64,000 nt of DNA, from assembly GCA_951406725.2 (NCBI GenBank), contig OX597835.1, positions 31,000,001 to 31,064,000 on the forward strand, written 5' to 3'. This stretch comes from Octopus vulgaris (Eukaryota). A model generated the notes under the pieces. That model saw only the letters and a list, made by a program, of their open reading frames with translations, was not told the DNA's origin and ran no database searches. Below are positions 18,745-31,223 of the stretch, one piece after another; position 1 is the first letter of the stretch; the number at the start of each line of letters is the position of its first letter. A program made the position numbers and the translations under genes.

Positions 18745-19138
18745 GCAAATACACACACATGTATACATACAGGAATTTTAGTTCGTACCCGCACCTTCTC
18801 ATTCACTCACTAGCACACATCCACACATAAAATCTTACAAACTAGATCGATTTATTAATGTTAGCGTAACATTCCATGGTAATAAGTAGCGGGAGCACTA
18901 GATACGACACGAGTACTTCATGCTTTTGCTGAGTTCAACTATTATATACATATTTTTCTGCTTTGCTAAGGGACCACTCCTTATTCCTTCAAATAGATTC
19001 ACACAGCTCTTATTACGAAGGGACATATTGAGTTATGCATTTCTAGATATATTCAAAAGAATGGAAAGATAATAAGTGCTTTCATTATTTACATTATTTT
19101 CATTTGACGGATATTTGTCCTAATCTTGTTTGTTGTTA

Positions 19139-19182
19139 ACGCAACGTTTCTGTTGATATACCCTCCAGCCTTCATCAGGTGT
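19139..19182 (-). ncRNA. Minimal type I hammerhead motif
   Basis: ACAC-CTGATGA-AGGCTGG...TCAACA-GAAAC-GTT-GCGT; palindromic AACGTT; stems partly decayed. Confidence 0.6.
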
Positions 19183-19240
19183 CTTGAGGAAATTTCGAAC
19201 CTAGATTCTCATTCTTAAGATATTATTATTATTATTATTC

Positions 19241-19305
19241 GGTTCACTGCCTGGAATCGAACTCGCCATCGTAAAGGTTAAGAGCCTTCGCTCTTAACCA
19301 CTACG
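19241..19305 (-). promoter_or_regulatory. tRNA-like Pol III A/B-box cassette inside PLE-3
   Basis: TAGTGGTTAAGAGC...GAGTTCGATTCC on the minus strand; not a complete tRNA. Confidence 0.65.
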
Positions 19306-19697
19306 TGGGTAATTATGGAGTGAATTTTAGGGCTTATAATTCTAATATTTTCTTATCCTTCCTTAATACCGGTTCCCATATGCTACTCAAATCTACACTC
19401 GGTCTGCTTAGGAAGTTGATGTGTCCTAGCATTTTAAATATTGTAAATAATGTAAAGAATGTACATAATTCCTCGTCTCTTAAATACAAAGCTTCATTAA
19501 ACATGTCCTGTTTGAGGTGGAGCCGTATGGTCTGGTGACAAGTGTTTATTCCGCAAGGGCATGGTTTCGTTTCTTGGAGAAAGTGGTGCTTTTTCTCTTC
19601 CGTCTTCTCAACTATTAGAGTGTAGGACGCGTGGCTTAATGCTTATGATGTTTTGCATTTTGAGCCTAGTACGTATTCTGCCTGTCATTCATGCCAA

Positions 19698-19830
19698 TAA
19701 GCTACGGACATAAACACACCGGCTGCCAAGCGGTATAGGAAACAAACACAGACACACACAGATATATATATATAGAGAGATATGTGTGTGTGTGTGTATG
19801 TATGTGTATTTATATGTATATATGTATATG

Positions 19831-19889
<59 letters not shown>

Positions 19890-20037
19890 GACGGGCTTCT
19901 TTCAGTTTCAGTCTACTAAATCCACTCCCAAGGCTTTGCTCGGCCCGAGGGCTTTAATAGAAGGCAACCAAATTGCTCCGCATTGGGACCGATCCCGAAC
20001 TATGAAGTTGGTAAGCAAGCTTCATACGATACAGCTA
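19698..20037 (-). mobile_element. SINE family A, degenerate
   Basis: CGACGGGCTTCTTTCAGTTTC...AAATCCACTC..AAGGCTTTG. Confidence 0.8.
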
Positions 20038-20087
20038 CAACTGAACCTATCTTTCTATCTATCTATCTATCTATCTATTTATAAACG

Positions 20088-20122
<35 letters not shown>

Positions 20123-20421
20123 GTACATATATATATATATATATTCAGATACATACATGCTTGGGTGTATATATACTTAAGTACGTACGTGTATGCGTGT
20201 GTCGATAGAAGGGGTAAGATATACATATTTACATATTGAAGTATGAGAAACAAAGAAGGCAGCAGTAAATAAACGCACACACATACAGCCACATACACAC
20301 ACACTTAACATTTTTATACAATCATGCATACATATATGCATATGCACCCATATCACATGCATTTATGTACATCATATGTGTATCTAAATATGTATATACT
20401 GATATATACATATAGATACAT

Positions 20422-20499
<78 letters not shown>

Positions 20500-20567
20500 T
20501 TATCTACATACATAGTGATATGTGCACAGACACACACAACGCACACGCACGCACACATACACCAACG

Positions 20568-20601
<34 letters not shown>

Positions 20602-20969
20602 CGCAGATACATGTACATATATACACATACATACAAGCACACTACAAGAGCTTGCGGATACAGATATCGACGCTTACATATATATATATATGAATACACG
20701 TTTAATTAACCGAAGCATTAGTGCGATTAATAGAGTCAATTGGTTGACATGTTGTAATTATAGGCATTCATCGATTGTTTACACAGTTCTATTGACATTG
20801 TGATAGAAGCTTTTTTATAATGTTCTTGTCAATATACATTCTCCATATTTCCATTCTTAGCCTGTGGCATTAATGTACATGTAATTAAACAACTTTAGTC
20901 AGGAATTGAAACCGCATCGAAAGATCGTTTGTTTACATATTTACTTACTGCACTGTAACGCTGATGCAT

Positions 20970-22060
20970 AAGATTAGAATTGACTCCTTAACTGCAGAAT
21001 TAAGTTTCATTATGGTTCCAGTAATGATGCTGAATATGTGCCGAAAAAATAGAATTGATATTTTCTGTAAGTTACATGTCTGAACAAAAATTTGTTCCCA
21101 ACATAAAATTCTACGAGAAAAGATGGGTGTTATATAAAATTGCATTCCACAGCTCAGGGTAACGGGATTTTGATTGGTATATCTGAATTCCGCTGTAAAT
21201 GTGTTGAGGACATATATCCCTGATTAAGATACCTAATTCTTTCGCGGCTGAAACAAGTGGTACAAGGATGTTTAACACTGCTGAAGGCAGAAGAAACACT
21301 CCTGGAATTGGGGAGTATCTATCTTTGCCTGCATTGCTGAGTTTAAAACTCATCCACGAATGAGTATGATGTAAAGAAGCTCCACTTCCAATAGGCAGCT
21401 TGACTTAACATACATTACACAGAGATAGCTTTAATTATTGTTAACCCTTTTAACTGCAAAATTAAATTTTAAATTACATGGTTATACTTGTAATGATGTT
21501 AAATGTCGATCAAAAAACAGAATTGGTGTTTTCTGCAGATCAAGTTTCTGCTTCAATAAACTTGACATATTTCAAGAAAAGATAATTTCGAACATGACAT
21601 TCCACAACAAAATATAGATTGATATATTAATCTGCTTTCCACATTTAAGAGTAATGACATTTTGCGTGGCTATATCTGTCTTCTGCAGTAAGAGGGTGAA
21701 AGGCTCACATCCCGATGAAGATACCTAATTTTTTCGCAGCTGGAATAAGGATGTATAGCCGAAGAAACATTTCAAGAATTGGTGAGTATTTCTCTCGTTG
21801 CCTGCACTGCTCAGTTCAAAACACTTTAAAAAGCTCCATTTCCAGGTAGCAACTTGACTTAACATACTTTACATAGAGTTACCTTTCATTCTTATTAAAC
21901 CTTTAACTACGAAAATAATTTACATGTTCGTTTCAGTGACAAAGTCAAATCTCAGTTAAAAATGGAATTTGTATTTTCTGCAAGTCATTTTGCTTTAATA
22001 AATATCACATCTCAATAGAAAACTGTTTCAAAAATGATATTCCCCAACAAAAATAGGTTT
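20970..22060 (+). repeat. Old degenerate tandem repeat, unit ~450-470 bp, ~2.3 copies
   Basis: Anchors AATTG-TATTTTCTG at ~21053, ~21521 and ~21966; AAGATACCTAATT-TTTCGC at ~21227 and ~21718; CTTGACTTAACATAC at ~21399 and ~21853. Confidence 0.75.
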
Positions 22061-22148
22061 AGTATGTAAAAGTGTTTTTCCCAGTTAAGGGTAATGAAGT
22101 ATTGGATAGAAATATTTATTCTCCGTAATGTAAGTATTAACATATATA

Positions 22149-22313
22149 GGCGCAGGAGTGGCTGTGTGGTAAGTAGCTTGCTAACCAACCACATGGTTCC
22201 GGGTTCAGTCCCACTGCGTGGCATCTTGGGCAAATGTCTTCTGCTATAGCCCCGGGCCGACCAATGCCTTGTGAGTGGATTTGGTAGACGGAAACTGAAA
22301 GAAGCCTGTCGTA

Positions 22314-22381
<68 letters not shown>

Positions 22382-22590
22382 CGTGTGTTTGTGTGTCTGT
22401 GTCTGTCCCCCTAGCATTGCTTGACAACCGACCCTGGTGTGTTTACGTCCCCGTCACTTAGCGGTTCGGCAAAAGAGACCGATAGAATAAGTACTGGGCT
22501 TACAAAGAATAAGTCCCGGAGTCGATTTGCTCGACTAAAGGCGGTGCTCCAGCATGGCCGCAGTCAAATGACTGAAACAAGTAAAAGAGT
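22149..22590 (+). mobile_element. SINE family A, full length
   Basis: Complete head, core, internal (TA)n and tail. Confidence 0.92.
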
Positions 22591-22625
22591 ATACCCACTT
22601 GAAATAGCTGGAGATTAAAACAATG

Positions 22626-22669
<44 letters not shown>

Positions 22670-22679
22670 GTTCATATAT

Positions 22680-22960
22680 TTGCTTTGCAAGATTTTTTAT
22701 GTGAAATCGTGTATTGAAACAGATTTTGTTGTATTTAGGAATGGTTATTTTGCCAGCTTAGCCAATAAAAACACACGCACTATATATTTGGTGTTACTTT
22801 ACTTCAGAGTTATTTATTTTTTACATTAATCTTAATCTTATTTCGGCCAGAGTTCTTTCGTCACACTCCTGTGACCGCATCAGTGGTCCTTTGCTTTCTT
22901 CTTTCTTATTTGTGTGTCTCTCCTTACTAAGCGTCAGCCATTTTGTATTTCTATTGTATG
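22680..22960 (-). mobile_element. Probable Penelope-like terminal repeat (family PLE-4) with a hammerhead-like motif at 22845-22889
   Basis: CCA-CTGATGC-G-GTCAC-AGGAGT-GTGAC-GAAA-GAAC-TC-TGG on the minus strand; sits next to (TA)n. Confidence 0.5.
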
Positions 22961-23026
22961 TATCTTCATTTGCGCATGCGTATATCTCTATGTGCGTCTA
23001 TGTTATACATACATACAAACATACAA

Positions 23027-23079
<53 letters not shown>

Positions 23080-23993
23080 GTGGGTGTAAACACATGAACA
23101 AAATAAGAATAAACAAAAACAAAAACAAATTACACGAACGTATATTAATAGGAGATACAAATATTACAGGCACTTCTCCCCACCCACCCCACACACACAC
23201 TAACTAAATATAGACGCACGTAGTGATATTTATATAAAGATATATACACACACGTGCATATTACACACATACTACAGAGTAAATTCACGACCAAGTAAGC
23301 AAAAGAAGATGTATATTTTTTTAATTCAAAACTGAAAGTTGTCAGATAACTGGTAAAACATAATAATATAATTATTGAAAATAGGGAGAACCATGAATTA
23401 TTTCGACTTTTCCTTTTTTCTGTTGTTAGTAATTCTTTTTTTGGTTCTGCGTGAAGCAAGATAAAAACTCGTAGAACAAACTAAGAAAAATAAATCCCTA
23501 AAACAGGTACATTTAAGGGATTCCACTTCCTTTTTTCTATTTCCGTTTAAACTCCAGTGGGAGGGAGGTTATCTTGATCTGTTTTTATCCGATTACTATT
23601 TTATAGGATATGCCACCTAGCTTCAAACCTACCTCCATACATACCTATATATCTAACAGTGAGTCATTTTTTGTAACGTTATGGTTTTATTTCATTACGT
23701 GTCCTATGCTATCTTCAGTCATTTTCCTCAATTCTGGTTTAAGCATTATTTCATGTTTCTGAAGTTATCACTGTGTTTCTCGAAAACCAGGTGAAATTTA
23801 CAGTAGCTTCAAGCTACTGTTTTTATCATTGGACAATCAGCGGAAATTGAATATTAATCCATAGACATCTTGGTGTTGTCATCCTTTACCTTCACGAAGA
23901 GTCATTAAAATATTTCACCACCCCTCACTGCAGTATTTAATTCGTTTTGAATTCAAATATATTTTCTCGTTATATTATATATGTTAATGCGAA

Positions 23994-24312
23994 GGCGCGT
24001 GGCTTCGTGGGTAGGATATTAGGCTCGTGATCGTAGGGTCACGAGTTCGATTCTCGGCGGGGCGTTATGTCCTTGAGTAATACACTTTATTTTACGTTGC
24101 TCCAGTCCACTCAGCTGGAAAAAATGAGTAGTACATGTATTTCAAAGGGCCAACCTTGTCATAGTCTGTATCACGTTGAACCTTCTTGAGAAGCATGTGA
24201 AGGAGTACGCGTGTCTGTGGAGCACTCAGCCACTTGTATGTTAATCTCACGAGCAAGCGGTTCCGTTGATCGCATCAATTGGAACCCTCGGCGTCGTAAA
24301 CCACAGTGTGCC
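23994..24312 (+). mobile_element. tRNA-derived SINE family C
   Basis: GGCGCGTGGCTT...GAGTTCGATTC; colinear with 11570-11870. Confidence 0.85.
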
Positions 24313-24353
24313 AATTATGACAAATGCTATTACTCACTAAGCTAATTGTAATA

Positions 24354-24598
24354 TTGGGTTGGTACATAATTATTGCATTTAAAAAAAAAAATTTAAACAA
24401 AAACAATAACAATATCTAACAATAACATCTTTAAATCACGGTCTGACCGTCTGCAAAGCAAATAGGAAGCAGTAATTGAAGTAGATGGTGAATATGCTCC
24501 GGAATAATCATTTAAAGGTGGTTTTGTTACATTCTGTTATTTGTTTTGTTGAATAAAATTTGTTGAAAAGAAGCCGCAATGATTATGCATCAACCCTA
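24354..24598. mobile_element. Mariner-type MITE
   Basis: TIRs TTGGGTTGGTACATAATTATTGC / GCAATGATTATGCATCAACCCTA, TA on both sides. Confidence 0.8.
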
Positions 24599-24734
24599 TA
24601 AGTAACAAGTACTAACCCAACACGTGATTCGGTCAGAGACAGTGTGTGGAAACGAAAACACTTACAGCGTGGAAGACACAATACTGGTTACTGCAAAACA
24701 CACGAAGACCGTTAACCTCACTTAAACATTTATC

Positions 24735-24865
24735 TTTTTTATCTCTTTACTAGTATCAGTCATCAGATTGCGGCCATGCTGCAGCACCGTCTTGGAGAAT
24801 ATTAGTCAGATAAATCGACCCAAGTCCTTTTATTTTAGCCCTGGCATTTATTCCATCGGCCTCTT
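24735..24865 (-). mobile_element. SINE family A 3' fragment
   Basis: CAGTCATCAGATTGCGGCCATGCTGCAGCACCG...AATCGACCC. Confidence 0.7.
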
Positions 24866-25624
24866 TTTTTATGTCTAAGCCATAAAATATTTAAAAAAGA
24901 GAGGGGTTGGTTGAGCCCTTTTAGCCATCCATTCAAATGTACAAACATATACACACGCGCGCGCACATCCACACACAAATATAAAATATAAAAATACATA
25001 CGGCCATACACATTTATTTTTATTCATATATATTAATATATACATGACTGAATTTACGTACTTTATAGTCTATCTTTAATTTATTTCAGACATTGGACTG
25101 CGCCCATGCTGGGGCGTATAATGAAAAGACATATATTACATACAGATGTACACTGTGAAATTTGAAGCAAAAAGCCCTCCAATTGCATTCTTCTGAGATC
25201 ACTTACCTACCTACCTTCATATCTACCTACCTAACTAACTAACTAACTACCTACCTACCTACCTATTACCTACCAACATACATACCTACCTACCCACCTA
25301 CCTCTCTAACTGTCTGTCTGTCTATCTATATATCTATCTACCTGTAAATCTGGTTATACGTTTGTCTACCTGTATGTCTCTAACGAGCCACCAATTTTCT
25401 AGAGTCTCTCTAATCGTGAGTGGGCTTGCGTGTGCGTGTGTGTTCATGTGTGTATGTGTGTGACTATAGATAGATGTACATGTATTTATAAGCATTTACG
25501 CATATAAATGCCTCTATATATACATATACATACATACGCATATACATACATCACTATGCATATATATGTGCTTATATTTTGAGTATGCATGTGTACATAT
25601 ATATATATATACGCCTAAAAGTCC

Positions 25625-25656
<32 letters not shown>

Positions 25657-26679
25657 TTGTGTTAGTGTGTGTATGTATGTATTAAAGTGCGTATATGTTT
25701 GCGTGTAAGTGTAGGTGTGTAGATGTGTGTGTGAAACTGATACATGCGCTATTGCAGATACAAATGACCCTGATATGGCATGCACAATTTCAAACTGACA
25801 ATCGTCAATTGGCTAATTACCATATATTTCGCAGCACTTACCTAACAGAGAAACACAGAGAGAGAGAGAGAGTGTGTGAGAGAAACGAGGCTCTTACATA
25901 TGCACGAACATACACACATATGTGCGAAGACAAATACAAGCATATACACGCGCACGTAAGCACACACTTGCGCGTTCATTGAAACAGATTTCCATAAACA
26001 TTTGCGAGGTGACACATTCGACGAAACTCCTCTTTATTTTTCGCATGTTTGTGTGTGTACGTGTGCGATCATGTATGTGTAACGAGAGCATGTGTGCGAG
26101 AATGGCTGTGTGTGTGTGTGTGTATGTGTGTGTGTGTGTTTGCATGTTTGTATGTGTGTGGTGTATGTTGCTTTATCACATTCTTATAAAGAAACTAGTT
26201 GCAGAATCGAAATTCACAGATTTCACGTTTCGCGGGAATTCGTGAAGGAAAAAAACCCAGAAAAATGCAATAACGAAAAAAAGAAAACAAGAAAGAAAAA
26301 GGACAAAAAGAAACAGAAAAACAATAATATATGAAAAAATTTTAAAAAGGGAAAAACAAAGAAAGAGGCAAAAATTCATCGAAATTAAGTGGAAAGACAA
26401 CGCTTCCTCAAATTACTGACATTATTTACATAAAGAACTTTACCGAACGCAATAGAACATTGGCCTCTTTGTAAGAAATACGATTCTTGAAAAGTCCCAT
26501 AAAGTCTTTTAAAATTATCCAAAAATCGTGCAATCTAATGGTTATAGTGTCTAAAAAATGGTAACAGACGCGAAGCAGTTTAAAACCAAGTGTGAAGAGA
26601 GGCATTTCGTTACCTATATTAAAAAAGATTATGAAATCATATGAAATCGTGACTTTATACCAATGTAAGATATACATAA

Positions 26680-26890
26680 GGAGAGTTTACGAAAAAAACA
26701 AAGAAAAACCAAGAGATGAAGACAGGTGATGTACAAAACAAACAGATGTATTAGTATAACGCTCAGGAATAGAAAAAGTCTTTTACATTTCGAGCCTACG
26801 CTCTTCTACAGAAAGGTACACAGAAAAAACAAGGAGAGAAACAAGGAGAGAAATAAATGTGTGTAGTGGCTAACGGTCTATCATGGCGAC
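26680..26890 (-). mobile_element. Penelope-like terminal repeat, family PLE-2 (hammerhead-like motif 26780-26815)
   Basis: CTTT-CTGTAGA-A-GAGC-GTAG-GCTC-GAAAT-GTA-AAAG on the minus strand. Confidence 0.6.
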
Positions 26891-26902
26891 TGATATATAC
26901 AT

Positions 26903-27270
26903 AGACAGGCATGTCTATGTGGTAAGAAGCTGGCTTCCAAACTACATAGTTCCGGGCTCAATCACACTGCGAGTTATCTTCGGCAAGTGTCTTCTCCTAT
27001 AACCTCGGGCCGACTAAAGCCTTGTGAGTGGATTTGGTAGACGGAAACTGAACGAAGCACTTTGTGTGTGCGTGTGTGTGTGTGTGTGTGCGCGCGCGCG
27101 TGTGCGTGTGTGCGTGCGTGTTTGCATTCCTTCTACCATCACCGCTTGACAACCGGTGTTGGTGCGGTTACATTCCCGTAAACCAGCGGTTCGGCAAAAT
27201 AAACTGATAGAATAAGTACTATACGTTAAAAATAAGTCAAATGAATGTAACAAATAAAAAATAAAAGAAT
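26903..27270 (+). mobile_element. SINE family A, diverged
   Basis: GGCAAGTGTCTTC...GTGAGTGGATTTGGTAGACGGAAACTGA...GCGGTTCGGCAAAA. Confidence 0.85.
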
Positions 27271-27290
27271 GAAAGACTATATATATGTGT

Positions 27291-27392
<102 letters not shown>

Positions 27393-27822
27393 TTACTGTA
27401 AACAGCATGAAAATACGTGGTGCTCCATTAAGTAATAAGTTAGCAAACATATAAATGCGCAAACAAACGGAAAAGATACACAGAAGGTCATGGAATCCTC
27501 ATCAGTTATCGGAAACGCAATTTCGCTCCTTCAACGATGATGTTTCAAAAATGCTACTTCACTCCTTCAACGATAATGTTGGTCTCTCTGGTGGCGCCGG
27601 CAGCAAGCAACTGCTGGAAAATGGCGAGCCAACGACCGAATGGCTAGACATAGCAGAAAGTGCACAAACGCACAAGAAAAAATCTTATAAGCAATACAGA
27701 AAATGAACGCACAAATCTTATATATAAATGTGATTGAAGACAGGACGATTAGTGGACGAAAACAAACTAGACAAAATGTGAATGTATGAACAAACAGAAA
27801 TAAACAGAAATAAACAGAAATA

Positions 27823-28215
27823 GGCGCAGGAGTGGCTGTGTGGTAAGTAGCATGCTTACCAACCAAATGATTCCGGGTTCAGTCCCACTGCGCGGCACTT
27901 TGGGCAAGTGTTTTCTACTATTGCCTCGAGCCGACCAAAGACTTGTGAGTGGATTGGGTAGACGGAAACTGAAAGAAGCCTGTCGTGTATATGTATATGT
28001 ATATATATGTGTGTGTGTGTTTGTGTATCTATGTTTGTCCTCCCAACATTGCTTGACAACCGATGCTGGTGTGTTCATGTCCCTGTAAGTTAGTGGTTCG
28101 GCAAAAGAGACTGTTAGAATAAGTACTAGGCTTACAAAGTCCTGGGTTCGATTTGCTCGACTAAAGGCGGTGCTCCAGCATAGCCGCAGTCAAATGACTG
28201 AAACAAGGAAAAAGT
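27823..28215 (+). mobile_element. SINE family A, full length
   Basis: Complete head to tail. Confidence 0.92.
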
Positions 28216-28454
28216 GAAGAGTAAATAGAGAGAAGACTGGCTTAGGGCCAGACAGGATACGAAACTATGGTTAACGCCAGGAGAAACATCCTAAAAGATT
28301 AGAAGCAGAAGAGCAACAGGGAGACAACGAAACGTGTTGAAAGTGGGAGAGGAGAGAAAATACGAGCAATCCCGTTTATAGTCAGCGTGAAAAGGAAAAG
28401 GGGCAAAAAGACTACGATGGCCACAGGACCTGTTTTCCGTTTTAGCTTCTACTC

Positions 28455-28690
28455 TTCTTCTTGTTCCGGTCATTTGACTTCGGCCATGCTGGAGCACCTT
28501 CTTCACAGGGTTTTTGTTTTAGTCGAAGAAATCGAACTTAGGACTTATTCTTTCTAAGCCTAGTACTTTATTGCAGCATCTGACTCTTTTGCTGAATCGT
28601 TAAGTTACGGGGACGTAAACACTGCAACATCGGTTGTCAAGTGATAGCGATGGTGCTGGGTACAAACGTAGACACAAAGTCACATACACA
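28455..28690 (-). mobile_element. SINE family A 3' half (its 5' half is at 29628-29783)
   Basis: GTCATTTGACTTCGGCCATGCTGGAGCAC...TAAGTTACGGGGACGTAAACA. Confidence 0.85.
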
Positions 28691-28704
28691 AGAATATATG
28701 CATA

Positions 28705-29242
28705 TTGGGTCATCCCACAAAGAATGCGATCTTTTCAATTGCATGAACTAAATGTCAGAGGGGGACGGGATAAACTACCTGCATCAACTTGCAATAAGAG
28801 CAGGTAGTAATTTTACCTTGTATTTACTCTTTGTGCAAATTTTAAAGAACGCAGTTCGATTTTAACAGTTATATTTTCAAAGCTGAAATGTTTGTGGCAA
28901 AGGAGCATATTCGGTATAGTATGCTTTATGAGTGCGAGGAATATTAATTAATCCAGTATATAAGGATCGGACAAAAAACGTAAGCCAGTTTGAACGGCGG
29001 ATCCAGAAATTCCAAGCCGGAAACGACAGCGTTGAAGACGAGTCTCATCCTGAAAGACCTGTAGAGCTCGACGAGGACGTCCTGCAAACCCTGGTGGAAC
29101 AAGATCCCCTCATAACTGTTGAGTACCTAGCGGGAAAGCTTCGATTTAGTCACTCAAGCATTCATCAGAGAAGTCAACGAATTGGGTCAATGGGTTCCTC
29201 AAAACATTTCCGGGTCTAATCGCGCGCAGAGAGTGAATGTGT
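28705..29242 (+). pseudogene. Mariner transposon 5' part with decayed transposase (HTH region)
   Basis: TA-TTGGGTCATCCC start; peptide QKFQAGNDSVEDESHPERPVELDEDVLQTLVEQDPLITVEYLA and GQWVPQ (WVPHEL-like). Confidence 0.85.
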
Positions 29243-29244
29243 TT

Positions 29245-29370
29245 AAACATTTTCTCTCACCATCTCTAATGAAGGGATATATAAAATATCCCGGAAACAG
29301 CTGTAAGATCTCTTTATAAATGTTTTGAAAACTATTCACAACCTTGGATTTTTTTTATTTCATTCTGTTA
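29245..29370 (+). mobile_element. PLE-1 terminal fragment with a hammerhead motif at 29262-29309
   Basis: ATCT-CTAATGA-A-GGGATAT-ATAAA-ATATCCC-G-GAAAC-AGCT-GTA-AGAT; homologous to 14555-14680. Confidence 0.75.
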
Positions 29371-29373
29371 ATT

Positions 29374-29439
<66 letters not shown>

Positions 29440-29476
29440 AACAAACATATATATACACAAACAAATATATATATAA

Positions 29477-29783
<307 letters not shown>

Positions 29784-29860
29784 GTTTGTTTGTTCATGTA
29801 TTATATGTTTGTATTTTTTGTTGTTTTATGAGAATTACCTGTATTCCCATATGCATACCC

Positions 29861-29901
<41 letters not shown>

Positions 29902-30699
29902 GTGTGTGTGTGTGTGTGTGTGTTCCGGCATCTAAATAGCTTCTGAAATTCCTCAAGTTTCTCTGCAGAGGGAAAAGACCGCGGCTCCAAGACAGAGGAA
30001 AGGCGCCTCTCAAGACATTTTGGCTTCATGAAGATAGATAACGTATGTATGTATGTATGTATGTATGTATGTATGTATGTATGTATGTATGCATGTGTGT
30101 ATGTATGTGTGTATGCATGTGTGTGTGTATGTATGTGTGTATGCATGTGTGTATTTGGGTGTAGGCATGTGTGTGTATATATGTATGTATGTGTGAATGT
30201 GTGTGTATGCATTTGTGCATGCAGGTGTATTTGCGTGTATGTATGTGTGTGTATGAATGCATGTATATATGTGTGTGTATGTATATATGTATGGGTGTGT
30301 GTATTTCTGTGTATGGCTGTGCGTATGTATGTATGTGTGTTTTGTGTGTATATATGTATGGGAATGCATGTATGTGTGTGTATGTGTGTGTATGAATGTA
30401 TGTATCTATGTACGTACAGGAGCGTGTATATACATATGCATGTATGTATGTCTGAGTGCATATGTAATTTATGTACGTGTCTACTTACGTATGTATGTGC
30501 GCAAGTGTGTGTGTATGCATATATTTGGGTACACTGATATCCATATCGCAATGAATATACGTTTATATTTTTCTATAGAAGTATGAATACTAATATGTAT
30601 GTATATGTATTTGCATGCATGCACGTTCATTGGGTATGCGAAAAGGGAGAACATTGATATAAACGCATACAATACAACTATACATACATGCGTGTATGC

Positions 30700-30819
<120 letters not shown>

Positions 30820-31223
30820 AGAGACATATTTACTCAGCCACGTATGTATATTATGTTTACAAAGAGATGGCGTTATCGGTATTCACATTTATGCATATAT
30901 ATAAGCTATAGTGGAAGATATTGAGAATCATACATAATGCATTAGAAAAAAAACAAAATGGTGTCTTCATACATGCATGCAAATGCTTACAAATATATAC
31001 ACATGATAATTCTAATGGAATCGAACTCACGCGCACTCGCACAAATCGGGGACACGTACAGGAAACCAAAGACACACGCAGGGTACCGCAGACATACTAA
31101 GGGTACTATAGACACACACACAGAATCGCAGACACATCTACACATCCACGATCACAAAAAACACATGGGGGAAATTGGCAGTCCTCAAACAACTATACAA
31201 AGATATGGGTATGTATGCGTATA

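Larger units (their letters stand above)
19060..19545 (-). mobile_element. Penelope-like element 3' end (family PLE-3) with GIY-YIG C-terminal remnant
   Basis: Minus-strand peptides NEALYLR and LSRPSVDLSSIWEPVL resemble the end of PLE endonucleases; a hammerhead motif lies downstream. Confidence 0.65.

Noticed and set aside
19241-19305. Functional tRNA gene (also considered for the SINE heads)
   Set aside because: A and B boxes are present but there is no complete acceptor stem or cloverleaf; these are tRNA-derived repeat parts
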